Below, in pieces: positions 38,982 to 49,034 of a DNA stretch of 64,000 nucleotides. The position numbers were made by a program, and so were the translations under genes. The notes beneath the pieces were generated by a model. That model was not told the origin of the DNA, made no database searches, and saw only the letters and a list, made by a program, of their open reading frames with translations. Location: positions 160,704 through 224,703 of the IMG/VR virus record IMGVR_UViG_3300036770_007495. The stretch is one strand, 5' to 3'. How positions within the stretch are numbered: the first letter of the stretch is position 1; each line of letters begins with the position of its first letter.

Positions 38982-41125
38982 GTGATGTTCCTTACAGCTA
39001 CGTATACTTTGATGTACTCAATTTCTCAAATGCATATTCTACCACAGGATATGCACTGAGTGTGTGTCCATTTACATTCTCACCTCGTGTGCAGAATGAT
39101 GCTACACTTTCCAACAAGAGAATTTTGTGGGACTTTGGTGATGGTACAACATCAACTGCAGTGACTGCAATGCACGCATACAACTTGCCTGGAACTTATC
39201 AGGTTACCATGTATTTGTATGATGCTCAAGGCAATGCATATTACAATGCATATGATGCTACAGTAACAGTTAGCAATTATTTGAATGATGCCATTGTTTT
39301 GTCTGCAAACAATTTCAACTTCATTACATCAGATGTAAATGACAATGCATTTGATGTCTATAGATTCAACTCTTGGCAAAACAAGCCAAAAACAGAATTC
39401 ACTATCTTGTTGCATGCCAGCGGCAACAATGCTCCTTACATTGATGAGCAGCAATACAACAAAGACAAATATGCGCATTTGAAGAAGTATAGCCAGTTTT
39501 ATCAATTGGTTTACAACAACAATTTGCAATTGTTTGAATATGTTCCAACCAACAACATTGCAACAACATCAACCAATTTGTATGCAAGATTGTCATCAGG
39601 TGCATTGGTGCCATGTGCTGCTTCTGATGCAGGATCCATCTTCATTGGCACATCTGGATATGCACAATGTGCTTATGCGGATGATGAGCCTACCACAAGT
39701 CATCCAACGCTCATTTTTGCTTCATTTGACAACGTTGCTTTCAAGGATCCCAACAATCTATACCTTGACACACCTTTTAATAAACAAACGTTGCAGACCA
39801 ATGCGCAATCGTTTTATTGCACCATCTCCTCACTTGCACCAAACAAAATCTTCATCACCAGCACAGGCATAAGTGCAATGCCAGTCAATACTGTGCAGTT
39901 CACCAATGCTCCAATTCCATTTGTGGTGCAAATTGCAACTGCAACAGATGCAGCATGCAAATATTGTTCAAATCTTAAGCGTGTGGATGCAATGGGTTCA
40001 TTGTCAGCCAACACCATTCAAATTTATGCATTTGATGCAACCACACAGCAAGTGCTCACAAGCGCCATTGTGGATGATTTTGGTGAATTTGCAAACTACA
40101 ACACAGGCATTTACAAAGGCTACTGTGCATTCTCTTCACCATTGACTGGTGTAAAAATTGCTGCAGTTGCAAGCGTATCTTCTGTTTTTGGAACTGTAAC
40201 ATTGTCTGCAACAACTGATGCATTGGAGATTGTTGACAACAACTTTGCTGTATTCAAAATCAATGAAAACTTTGACCAAGCAGCAAAGTACAAAAGCTAC
40301 CGCTTCCAAGAAACATTGCTTGACAAAGATGTGTTCTTTGATTCATTCTTGGGCACCATTGTTGGCAATGTTTCAGCAGCACCTGATGCACCAGGCAAGC
40401 GCATTCATGAAAAGCAAGCCAACTTTGTAAACAACACACAATTTGTTGATGTGTGCAACATTGATGCATTATATGCACTCAAAACCATGTTGGATGCCAA
40501 CATCTATCAGTTTGAAAAGTACAATTTTGCCACACCTGCAGAATTGTCTCGCATCATTGATCTCATCAGCATTAAACAGAGCAAACTTTGGGGTGCCATC
40601 AATGAATATGCTGAAAACTTTGATAAAAAAGGATATGTGACCAATGCATTGTATGGCATCAACTTGGGTGATGCACTTGATTCACAAACAACAATTTTGA
40701 CTGCCGGATCTGCTGCAGGTCACATTGTTGCATATGAAAAATTCAGTGGTAAGTATTTGCTCATCAACACTGATTTGTTGAGCTCAGCCAATGTGCAATT
40801 CATTGATGCAAACAAGCAAACATATGCATTGAGCGCATACAATGACTTTTGGGGGTGGGGGTTGGTGTTGCCTGATCCATTTGATGCAACAATCTTCAAT
40901 CACTACTATGATTTCTATGCATATGTTGCAACACCTGCTGGAAATGTACTCAACTCCACCATCAACTGGTCTGATGCACTCAACACCATCACCAGATCAC
41001 AAAGCTCATATGCTTCATGGACTGCAAAAAATGGCACCATGGAAAAACTTTTGCAACAAGCTCTCTTGCAAGGATTGACTGTGTTTTCCAACATAACAGG
41101 CCAGAGTGCTGCTTACATTGCATAA
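38978..41125 (+). CDS. PKD-domain baseplate/virion protein (position of gp7)
   Basis: ILWDFGDGTTSTAVTAMHAYNLPGTYQVTMYLYD PKD motif; ATGA-coupled to gp6. Confidence 0.65.
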   Translation: MSDVPYSYVYFDVLNFSNAYSTTGYALSVCPFTFSPRVQNDATLSNKRILWDFGDGTTSTAVTAMHAYNLPGTYQVTMYLYDAQGNAYYNAYDATVTVSNYLNDAIVLSANNFNFITSDVNDNAFDVYRFNSWQNKPKTEFTILLHASGNNAPYIDEQQYNKDKYAHLKKYSQFYQLVYNNNLQLFEYVPTNNIATTSTNLYARLSSGALVPCAASDAGSIFIGTSGYAQCAYADDEPTTSHPTLIFASFDNVAFKDPNNLYLDTPFNKQTLQTNAQSFYCTISSLAPNKIFITSTGISAMPVNTVQFTNAPIPFVVQIATATDAACKYCSNLKRVDAMGSLSANTIQIYAFDATTQQVLTSAIVDDFGEFANYNTGIYKGYCAFSSPLTGVKIAAVASVSSVFGTVTLSATTDALEIVDNNFAVFKINENFDQAAKYKSYRFQETLLDKDVFFDSFLGTIVGNVSAAPDAPGKRIHEKQANFVNNTQFVDVCNIDALYALKTMLDANIYQFEKYNFATPAELSRIIDLISIKQSKLWGAINEYAENFDKKGYVTNALYGINLGDALDSQTTILTAGSAAGHIVAYEKFSGKYLLINTDLLSSANVQFIDANKQTYALSAYNDFWGWGLVLPDPFDATIFNHYYDFYAYVATPAGNVLNSTINWSDALNTITRSQSSYASWTAKNGTMEKLLQQALLQGLTVFSNITGQSAAYIA

Positions 41126-41133
41126 ATATCATC

Positions 41134-41544
41134 ATGAAATACTCTCTTGAAGCCGAACTCATCTGGGAAAACTATCTTAGTCCCAAAGAAGGTGGACTGC
41201 CTTTGCAAGCTGATCCTGCACAAGGAATGCCATACAGCGCATCACCAGGTGGTTCATCAGAAGATTGTGAACAAATGGCTTCAGCAGAACCAGCAGGTGA
41301 AGAAAAAGAAATTCGCATGGCCTTGGCTGATTTGCAAGCACTCATCAAGCAATCTACACAATTGATGCAGCAACTTGAAACAAAATCAACCATTCCAGGT
41401 TGGGTGCAGGCCAAAATTACTGTTGCAAATCACAACATCACAGATGTTGCTCAATACATGGATTTTGAATCCAATGAAGATTGCGGCTGCAGCAAAATGC
41501 AACAGCCTATGCAAGTTAAAGCAATGAGAATTGTTGCCATTTGA
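41134..41544 (+). CDS. Hypothetical late protein, possible internal head protein
   Basis: TAAATA (containing the upstream stop)-N5-ATG; N-terminus MKYSLEAELIWE. Confidence 0.6.
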   Translation: MKYSLEAELIWENYLSPKEGGLPLQADPAQGMPYSASPGGSSEDCEQMASAEPAGEEKEIRMALADLQALIKQSTQLMQQLETKSTIPGWVQAKITVANHNITDVAQYMDFESNEDCGCSKMQQPMQVKAMRIVAI

Positions 41545-41546
41545 GA

Positions 41547-41930
41547 TTATAGTTGATTAACTATTTCTGCTCTTCTGATTGCTGAAATAATGTTTTGAGA
41601 TACCAAAGCATCCAAGCCGGCTACTACTCTAGGATCATCTGATACAACTATACCACGCCAACAAGCAAGCAAAAGTCTCAATGCAGCAATGGTAGAGTCT
41701 TCTGATGTACTTATACCTGCCATTTCTTGCAAAGTAAATTCAGAAATAAACTCTTCTGTATTGTTCCAGACTTTTACCAATTGAGATGCATTCCATTGCT
41801 GTAATGCAGCATCATAAGTATCATCTAATTCTTGCTGAGAAGGTGCAGGTAATCCATCTGCAAATGTTATTATACCATCAGACTCATTAGCCTGTCTTCC
41901 CATGAATGCCAAGTGAAATAAATGTGTCAT
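41547..41930 (-). CDS. Putative tail fibre assembly/chaperone protein
   Basis: 127-aa ORF directly after a fibre gene; P.PSQQEL...DDPRV..GLDAL....IISA.R..EI pattern. Confidence 0.5.
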   Translation of the reverse strand: MTHLFHLAFMGRQANESDGIITFADGLPAPSQQELDDTYDAALQQWNASQLVKVWNNTEEFISEFTLQEMAGISTSEDSTIAALRLLLACWRGIVVSDDPRVVAGLDALVSQNIISAIRRAEIVNQL

Positions 41931-41931
41931 A

Positions 41932-43470
41932 TTATGCTTTTAGTTTATACCAAACCAAGAAAGAATTTGCAAGATAAGTAACAGTACCGGTAACACCACT
42001 TTCAACTTTTGTCTGAACTGTGAGATTTCCAGCATTGGCACCATTGTAAATAAAACCATTTACTCTTGCATTTCTTGCTGTGGCACCACCGCTGTTAGCA
42101 TTGGTTGTCACAGCACCATAAGCAGTAGCAAGGCTATTGCCTTCAGCTGCTGTAGAGTTAGCAATATAACCTTGTGCTAAAACTATTGTTGGGCTTGCAG
42201 GTCCAGTTATACCGAGCTCGCTGCCGGTTGTAGTTGCATTAGCAGTGTATTGAATATAACATTCAAAGTAGTATCTAGTATTAGGTTCCATGAAGAAAGA
42301 TAAGCCATCAACATTTTGAAGGGTTGTGTTGTTTGTAGTAGCAAAATTACCTGTCAATACAGCAACATTGGTTGCAAGAGATGACAATGATACTGTATTA
42401 CCACTTGTTATAGCTAAACTTGCTGTTGATTCTGTAAATACTAATGATTGAACTGTGGCCCATGAAGCAGAGTTTGAATTAACAGTGCTATATACTGATG
42501 CATTGTTAGCACTTTGTGATGCAAAACTTGTATATGTGCTGTTCCAGTTGTTAGAATTACCGCCAGTAGCTGCAACAATGCCCTGGCTAGATAAATTATT
42601 AACAAATGTATAATCTGCAAGTGATGCTGTTATGTTAGAACCAATTATATGAGCATTGTTGAGTGAATTTGTATTGTTAGATTGACCACCAAGAATAGAA
42701 GATCTGACACCGCTCGCGACATTGGATACTCCACCACCAACAAAAGAATATGTATTAGATGATGTGTTAGAATCACCCCCACCGACTGCACTAGCTACTC
42801 CACTAGCAATATTAGATTTGCCACCACCAATGCATGCATTAGTATTAGATGTAGAATTGAGATATCCACCTGCTATGACAGATTGAATACCTGCTGCAGC
42901 ATTGCCATTTCCGCCACCAACAGTTGAACTGGTGTTGGATGCGGTATTATTTATACCACCGCTAATTACACTATTCTCACCGCTTGCAACTTCTCCAGCC
43001 GCAGCTCTTAGTTTTTGCCAATCAGTTGCATAGATGCCTCGCTTATTGCCTCCTGATTCACTACCATCAGATATTTGTGCAAGTGTAGCACCAGTTCCTT
43101 TTGCTATTAATGCTGCATCAATATTATCTACTGTAGAAATTGCTGTGAGGGCATGAACAGTTCTAACATTGTTAGGAGATGCTGTTGATGATACTTGTTT
43201 AAAAATAGTCAAACCGTCACTTGAGACACTACCGCCCCATGTTGCTGAATTAGCATTAACAGTGGTATAAGCAGAAGACCATGTTGCTGAATTAGCATTG
43301 ACAGTTGTAGTAGTATTAACACCCTGAGTAAGATTCACAACCAAACCTGCATCAGTTTTGTATCTCAATGTTTTATCAGCTGCAGCATAAATTGCCATGT
43401 TGCCACTGCTTGGAGTAGCTGGCTCACTCGTCTCTGCAAATATTGCTGGAAATTTAAAATTGGGATCCAT
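41932..43470 (-). CDS. Tail fibre/adhesin with Gly-rich S(V/T)IxGGxxN repeats
   Basis: Repeats SVISGGINNTAS/STVGGGNGNAA/SVIAGGYLN...; NSATW repeats; paralogous to 45208-47115. Confidence 0.75.
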   Translation of the reverse strand: MDPNFKFPAIFAETSEPATPSSGNMAIYAAADKTLRYKTDAGLVVNLTQGVNTTTTVNANSATWSSAYTTVNANSATWGGSVSSDGLTIFKQVSSTASPNNVRTVHALTAISTVDNIDAALIAKGTGATLAQISDGSESGGNKRGIYATDWQKLRAAAGEVASGENSVISGGINNTASNTSSTVGGGNGNAAAGIQSVIAGGYLNSTSNTNACIGGGKSNIASGVASAVGGGDSNTSSNTYSFVGGGVSNVASGVRSSILGGQSNNTNSLNNAHIIGSNITASLADYTFVNNLSSQGIVAATGGNSNNWNSTYTSFASQSANNASVYSTVNSNSASWATVQSLVFTESTASLAITSGNTVSLSSLATNVAVLTGNFATTNNTTLQNVDGLSFFMEPNTRYYFECYIQYTANATTTGSELGITGPASPTIVLAQGYIANSTAAEGNSLATAYGAVTTNANSGGATARNARVNGFIYNGANAGNLTVQTKVESGVTGTVTYLANSFLVWYKLKA

Positions 43471-43475
43471 ATGTA

Positions 43476-44057
43476 TTAATAGCCAAAAGCTTCAAAGTCC
43501 TGTTTATAGAAACTGCGAACTTTTTCTTCTAGATATTTATCATAGTAATCTGAAACTTCACCTCTAAAACTTTTTCTTTCATGCGTGAAAAAAGGAATGC
43601 GAAATTTTTGTTTGAGCATCTCAAAGCATTCATTGAGTTGTTCATACTTAAAAACATGCATATGCTTGTTGATAAAATTGATTTGGGGTTCTAGATGCCT
43701 GTCAAACAAAAACATTCTTTCCTCTTGCGGCAAATCAAGACATTCGATAAAATCAGAGAAACTCAGCCCCCTGAATTCCGCCCCTCGACCTTCTATCAAA
43801 TTTATGTGGTGATACTCAGATATAAATCTGTCAAGAGGATTTCTCACTACAGCAAACCAATAATAATCTTTTGCTTGCGGATGCTTTTGCAATATCTCAT
43901 TGGGATACAAATGCTGCGGACACACTCTCAACTCTTCATCATAACGATGATTGTACAGGCTTTCTGAATTCATCATGCCTAGAGCTCGCTCAATGGTGGT
44001 GCCAGCTGTCTTGGGCACATGAACAAAAACAACTCTTTTACTGTGGGAAATAGGCAT
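43476..44057 (-). CDS. Sulfotransferase family 2-like protein
   Basis: VFVHVPKTAGTTIE (5'-PSB loop), FAVVRNPLDRFISEY (3'-PB), HLEPQ, YKQDFEAFGY. Confidence 0.88.
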   Translation of the reverse strand: MPISHSKRVVFVHVPKTAGTTIERALGMMNSESLYNHRYDEELRVCPQHLYPNEILQKHPQAKDYYWFAVVRNPLDRFISEYHHINLIEGRGAEFRGLSFSDFIECLDLPQEERMFLFDRHLEPQINFINKHMHVFKYEQLNECFEMLKQKFRIPFFTHERKSFRGEVSDYYDKYLEEKVRSFYKQDFEAFGY

Positions 44058-45201
44058 CCTTGTATTCCTTGATGAAGTTAACTTTTGCAACAGGATTTAG
44101 AGCTGGTGCAATGAAATGAATCAATGTGCGATCTCCAATTTCTTTTTCATACAAGAGAGGTTCTGCTGTGGATATGAGTTTAACTTTGTTATCAAGTTTG
44201 CTATTTTCTGTTAAGTTGTAAGAACAGAAATAATGATTCATAAATGACTGCTCAAAAAAGTATATGCCTGGCCACACACTCATGAGCCAGTTTACATTCT
44301 CAAAATGCTTTCTCATCTTGTCTGAGTTTACAAAAAGAAACTGGCCTGCATTAAAGGCCAATTGATTGCTATCATGCATTGCTTCAACTTGCTCTCTTGT
44401 CAAACACTTCAAACCATGATATTCACTATGATGTGAGGCAAAAGTTACCTTTGCTCTATTAATTGCAACATACAGCACTTCATGCTCATGGTCTTCATCA
44501 AAAATAGAATGAATATCTTTTGCAGCTAAAATATCAGCATCTAAAAATAGAATTTTGTTATAATCGTCAATCTCTGTAAAATCAAAAATTTTGGTTTTGT
44601 TTTTAGATATTTCTACGCCATCATCTGTATCTTCTATGATGTGATATTTGAATACAGCACCTGTTGGCTTGATTGCTTCAATGTCATCAGCCCATGACTG
44701 TGGCGCAATGAATAACACATCAAAATCTATTTGTGATGCTGTTTGAAAAATGCTCTCTATGCTAAGCTTTACCAACTTAAGGTAGTCTTTGTTGCCGCCA
44801 ACGCTGTAATATATCAGATTTTTTACACCTTTTGTGCCAATGACTTCATTGGTTGCACTCATGTAGCGCTCATTCAAAGCTTTCAAAATTTTTGCTTTGT
44901 TTTGATCTGTATTTTTGTAACTAGAATCCAGATTTATTTTGAATGGTCTTAGCAATTTCAATTGACTAGCTTCTTCAAACACCCAATTGTGTTTGAGTGC
45001 TTTGGTAAAAATTTGCTCGCTTGCATTTTTGAATTTTACTTTGAGAGAAATAGACTTGGCATTCCTAAACATTTTCTCAGAAATCAGAAAATGATGCAAC
45101 CGCAGCTGTGTGCTAAGCAATGGAAGTCTTAATCCATCAACTAATAATTCAGCAGATGCTACATCTTGTATATTAAGTGAGGGTGGTCTGAGTTTAATCA
45201 T
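44038..45201 (-). CDS. GT-A glycosyltransferase, GT8-like, with an extra N-terminal domain
   Basis: YLKLVKLSIESI, ILFLDADIL (DxD), FNAGQFLF, EQSFMNHYF, LIHF. Confidence 0.8.
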   Translation of the reverse strand: MIKLRPPSLNIQDVASAELLVDGLRLPLLSTQLRLHHFLISEKMFRNAKSISLKVKFKNASEQIFTKALKHNWVFEEASQLKLLRPFKINLDSSYKNTDQNKAKILKALNERYMSATNEVIGTKGVKNLIYYSVGGNKDYLKLVKLSIESIFQTASQIDFDVLFIAPQSWADDIEAIKPTGAVFKYHIIEDTDDGVEISKNKTKIFDFTEIDDYNKILFLDADILAAKDIHSIFDEDHEHEVLYVAINRAKVTFASHHSEYHGLKCLTREQVEAMHDSNQLAFNAGQFLFVNSDKMRKHFENVNWLMSVWPGIYFFEQSFMNHYFCSYNLTENSKLDNKVKLISTAEPLLYEKEIGDRTLIHFIAPALNPVAKVNFIKEYKDAYFPQ

Positions 45202-45207
45202 AATTTA

Positions 45208-47115
45208 TTATGGATAAGCAGGTGGCTCAAACACCCAAATTCCTGATACATGTGCAATCCATCGCACTCTTTCTGCAGCATTTGATGCACCTGTAACAGT
45301 AAAGACTTGTTCTGGGACTGCAGAGGTTTCTATGCCAAATCCAATTGCGCCAGCAGTTGTTACATCTGTTCCAATGGATTCAATGTGTAAAAGTTCTTCA
45401 TTGTAAGAATTGCTAGCTACTTTGCGTATCACAACTTTTCTCATGGCTTGTGAGAAGTTTTGACTATCATCAAATCCAAGAACTTGAATGGTAAACATGG
45501 CCATCATTGCCTGATTAGGCACTAAAAGTGATGTGATGTTGCTATTGCCAGGTGGATTATTTGCATTGTCTACTGAGAGAACAACAGTACCACCATTTAT
45601 AACTGTACCATACAAAACGTATTGAACGTGTTGTGCATCACCAGCAGATCCAAAATAACTGCTTGCATATGCATATTGACCGTGTGTGGGTGCTACTGCA
45701 CCATATCCACCTGGTATTGTAGAATAACTGCCAACTGCATTGTTGGTACTACCACCTGCAACTGTTGAATAAGTTCCGTTTGCAAAGTTGCCTGCACCGC
45801 CTGCAATAGTTGAATATGCACTGTTTGCACTATTATTAATCCCGCCACCAACTGTTGCATAAGATGAGAATGCATTGTTGCTTTGACCACCTGCAATGGT
45901 TGAAGTCTGACCGCCTGCTGTATTGTCAAGACCACCACCAATTGTTGCCCAAAAAGCAGATGTATCGTTGCTTTGACCACCTGCAATGGTTGAAGCTTGT
46001 CCAGCTGCATTGTTTTCATTGCCACCTCCTACAACTGCCTGAACAGCTGATGCTGTATTAGAGAGTCCGCCACCTATTACAGAATAATTGCCGCTTGCAA
46101 CTTGCGATGTTAATGCTCTGGTTTTCTGCCAATCAGTTGCATATTGACCTCTTTTATCGCCATTCGCTGAGGTGTTGTCAGGAATTTGAGCAAGAGTAGC
46201 ACCTGTGCCTTTAGCCACCAATGCTACATCAACGTTTGCAACTGCTGAAACAACAGTAAGCGCATGAACAGTTGTTACATTGTTGGGAGATGCTGTTGAT
46301 GAAACTTCTTTAAAAATAGTCAACCCACCACCTGAACTAGTGCCTGTGCCCCATGTTGCAGAATTGGCATTGACAGTTGAATACACAGAAGCATTATTAG
46401 CACTCTGTGCATTGATGGTTGTATATGCTGAAGACCAACGCGCAGAGTTGGCATTGACTGTAGTATAAGAACTGCCCCAGAGTGTGCTGTTGCTGTTGCC
46501 GCTGTAAATGATGCTGTTGCCACTCATGGCACCATTCACAGAAAACTTGGCATTGGGTGTTGTTGTGTTGATGCCTACATTCTCTGCAGAAGAGAAATAC
46601 ATGAGCGTCACGCCTGCACCGGCACCAGAAAGAATGCCAGGATTACCTAGCATGTATTTGAAACCATTGTATACATCAGGGCCAATGGCACCATATTGAT
46701 AGGTTGCATTGCCATTGTTAAATGCAATGCCTGCCAAGTTGCCTTGCATGCCAAGACTACCAAGAGAAATCAGGCCACTTTGATAGCTGCCTGGAACTTG
46801 CATCACTTCTGCTGCAAGTGTTCCTGAACGATCTGTACCTTGAATTCGTATTTTTGCTGCACCAACTGTTGTGCTCTCAAATACTGCAACTTCGGCACCA
46901 CCATTGCCTGAAACATACAGCATTGATGAAGGGGTAAAAGTTCCAATGCCAACACGGCCACTGGTCAGTATGACCATTTTTGTGGTTCCATTGGTGTCAA
47001 GATTTAAACTGTTTCCTGCAGTTGCTCCAACACTACTGCTTACCAAAACGTTGGCAGCAGATAATGTCTGCGGAACAGAAGCATTATCATAAACCTTGAA
47101 AGGAACTAAACTCAT
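45208..47115 (-). CDS. Tail fibre/adhesin with Gly-rich repeats
   Basis: About 9 repeats of the form STIAGGxxNxA; shares a module with 41932-43470. TAAATA-N6-ATG. Confidence 0.75.
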   Translation of the reverse strand: MSLVPFKVYDNASVPQTLSAANVLVSSSVGATAGNSLNLDTNGTTKMVILTSGRVGIGTFTPSSMLYVSGNGGAEVAVFESTTVGAAKIRIQGTDRSGTLAAEVMQVPGSYQSGLISLGSLGMQGNLAGIAFNNGNATYQYGAIGPDVYNGFKYMLGNPGILSGAGAGVTLMYFSSAENVGINTTTPNAKFSVNGAMSGNSIIYSGNSNSTLWGSSYTTVNANSARWSSAYTTINAQSANNASVYSTVNANSATWGTGTSSGGGLTIFKEVSSTASPNNVTTVHALTVVSAVANVDVALVAKGTGATLAQIPDNTSANGDKRGQYATDWQKTRALTSQVASGNYSVIGGGLSNTASAVQAVVGGGNENNAAGQASTIAGGQSNDTSAFWATIGGGLDNTAGGQTSTIAGGQSNNAFSSYATVGGGINNSANSAYSTIAGGAGNFANGTYSTVAGGSTNNAVGSYSTIPGGYGAVAPTHGQYAYASSYFGSAGDAQHVQYVLYGTVINGGTVVLSVDNANNPPGNSNITSLLVPNQAMMAMFTIQVLGFDDSQNFSQAMRKVVIRKVASNSYNEELLHIESIGTDVTTAGAIGFGIETSAVPEQVFTVTGASNAAERVRWIAHVSGIWVFEPPAYP

Positions 47116-47152
47116 TTGAGTTATTTATGAACTATACAATGTAGTTCAAATA

Positions 47153-49003
47153 TTATGCATTGTAAAATGCAGTGCCTTCAATGAGTGCTGTTGTATTATC
47201 AGCAAAGGATGTGATAGTGAGAATGTAATCGCTGCCAGATACACTTACATCAACATCAACCAACTGTGTTTGTGCTTGATTATCAACAATTGCGTACACT
47301 GTTCCCTTGGTGTTGTTGCCAGCAGTTTCAATGGTTGCAATGACTTCAAATGCTGTTCTGTTGTTGCCATTGATGAGAACAACTGTGTATTTGACAGCAG
47401 CAAGATTTGCAACAGCAAAGGTGGTAACAGCTGTTCCTGTAGATGCAACAGTTGATACAAACAACTTCTTGTTGAGGTCTTTTGTACCATTTTCTACAAC
47501 AACGCCTGTTGTAGAAACAGCATTGTTGGTGGAGAGTGTTCCAGTGACAGATGTATTGGATCCAAGAGTGATGAGTGTTCCTGAATCAGTGATGTTGCTG
47601 TTGGCAAGAGTGTTGGCATCAGTTGCCTTTGGTACTGCATTGGCAGTAAGATTTACGCTGCCATTGTCAACAAGAGTAGAGCCCCAAACGCGGCTATCAA
47701 TGGTGCGTTTCTTGAGTGTTCCACTTTCTTCTGTGACAACGCTGTCGCCAGAACCTGTTGCAATGGTGCCAACTGTTGCAGTGCCACCAACTGTGATGCT
47801 GCCACTTGCAGAGATGTTGCCAACAACTGAGAGCTTTTCACCTGGTGCATCAGTACCAATGCCAACAGCACCAGTATCAGCAAATACAATGGATCCACCT
47901 TCTTTGTCAACAAATGTTGCAATGGGCTCAACGCCAGTTTGTCTTACATACAATGCTGGGCCAGTGCCTGAATTGATGACTGACAATGCACTTGTTGTTG
48001 TAACAGTTGTGTCAATGTATACAATGTCACCAAGCACAGACAAGTTGCCTGTGACGGTTGTATTGCCTGCAACTGTCAAACCAGCAAACTGTGGTGAGTC
48101 GCTGGTCTGCAAACCAGTGTCTACATCAAATGTAACCAGATTCTGTGTGAGAAGTCTGACTGTACCCTGTGAAGGAGAAGATGCAGAATTGAATAGTGCT
48201 GCTGATTGAGTATTGTAAGAAGAGTAAACACTTGCATTGGCTGCACTCTGTGCATTGATGGTAGTGTATGCAGAATCCCACTTGGGTGAATTTGCAAGCT
48301 TGTTGTCAATCTCAGTTTCTGTGTAGTACCTGCCATCCAAGTCAATGGTGCCTACGCTTGTTGCAGTGACGTGACCAAATGCATCAATTGTTGTGCCAAG
48401 GCTTTGAATTACAATGCCATTGGAATTGGTGCTTGCAATGGAAGCGCCGCCAAATGTATTGTGACCAATTTCAACTGCAGCACCTTCTCCGGTGCCACTT
48501 GAGGACAGACCTCTGTTGACAGTAACTGTTGCAACATAATCACCTGTTGTATCAGTTCCAAGTTCAACAGAGTTTGGTTGAATTGCAAGTGTTGTGGTTC
48601 CAACATTGGTTGAACCATCAAATGTTACGGAACCTGCAACATCTCCTGAAAGTGTAATTGTGATGGGTGCTGCCCATTTTGTTGCTGTACTTGCATTGCC
48701 TGCAAGTGAGCCAATGAAGCTTGATGCATTGACTGTGCCAAAAGTTGGAGTGAAGCTGACACCAACAGTGACTGGTGTACCAGAATCATAGGATGCATTT
48801 GTGGCTGTTAAGTTGGTGCTGAATGTAAGAGGTGCACCACCAGACAAAGCACCAGCAAAAATTGAGTACAAATCCTGACCAGCAGAGAGAATTTTACCTG
48901 CTGTATCAATGGAAACATCGCTAGCACCTTTTGCAAAGTAAGCACCATACTGGCCGTAGATGCGGTTTTTTACTCTGAAATCATCAATCAAGTTAGTAGC
49001 CAT
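47153..49003 (-). CDS. Tail fibre/virion structural protein
   Basis: S/T/G-rich, GNASTATKW...ITLSGDVAGSVTFDGS fibre motif and SDSPQFAGLT. TAAATA-N7-ATG. Confidence 0.7.
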   Translation of the reverse strand: MATNLIDDFRVKNRIYGQYGAYFAKGASDVSIDTAGKILSAGQDLYSIFAGALSGGAPLTFSTNLTATNASYDSGTPVTVGVSFTPTFGTVNASSFIGSLAGNASTATKWAAPITITLSGDVAGSVTFDGSTNVGTTTLAIQPNSVELGTDTTGDYVATVTVNRGLSSSGTGEGAAVEIGHNTFGGASIASTNSNGIVIQSLGTTIDAFGHVTATSVGTIDLDGRYYTETEIDNKLANSPKWDSAYTTINAQSAANASVYSSYNTQSAALFNSASSPSQGTVRLLTQNLVTFDVDTGLQTSDSPQFAGLTVAGNTTVTGNLSVLGDIVYIDTTVTTTSALSVINSGTGPALYVRQTGVEPIATFVDKEGGSIVFADTGAVGIGTDAPGEKLSVVGNISASGSITVGGTATVGTIATGSGDSVVTEESGTLKKRTIDSRVWGSTLVDNGSVNLTANAVPKATDANTLANSNITDSGTLITLGSNTSVTGTLSTNNAVSTTGVVVENGTKDLNKKLFVSTVASTGTAVTTFAVANLAAVKYTVVLINGNNRTAFEVIATIETAGNNTKGTVYAIVDNQAQTQLVDVDVSVSGSDYILTITSFADNTTALIEGTAFYNA

Positions 49004-49034
49004 TGTCGGTTATTTATGGTTGTATGCTTTTGTT

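Larger units (their letters stand above)
42990..46480. repeat. Duplicated fibre module (about 42990-43330 versus about 46110-46480)
   Basis: GLTIFKxVSSTASPNNVxTVHALT...ALxAKGTGATLAQIxD...G.KRGxYATDWQK appears in both genes, with obvious nucleotide similarity. Confidence 0.85.

Noticed and set aside
47128-47148. Hairpin TGAACTA-N7-TAGTTCA between two fibre genes as a terminator
   Set aside because: AT-rich weak stem with no U-tract; may be a processing site but cannot be supported.
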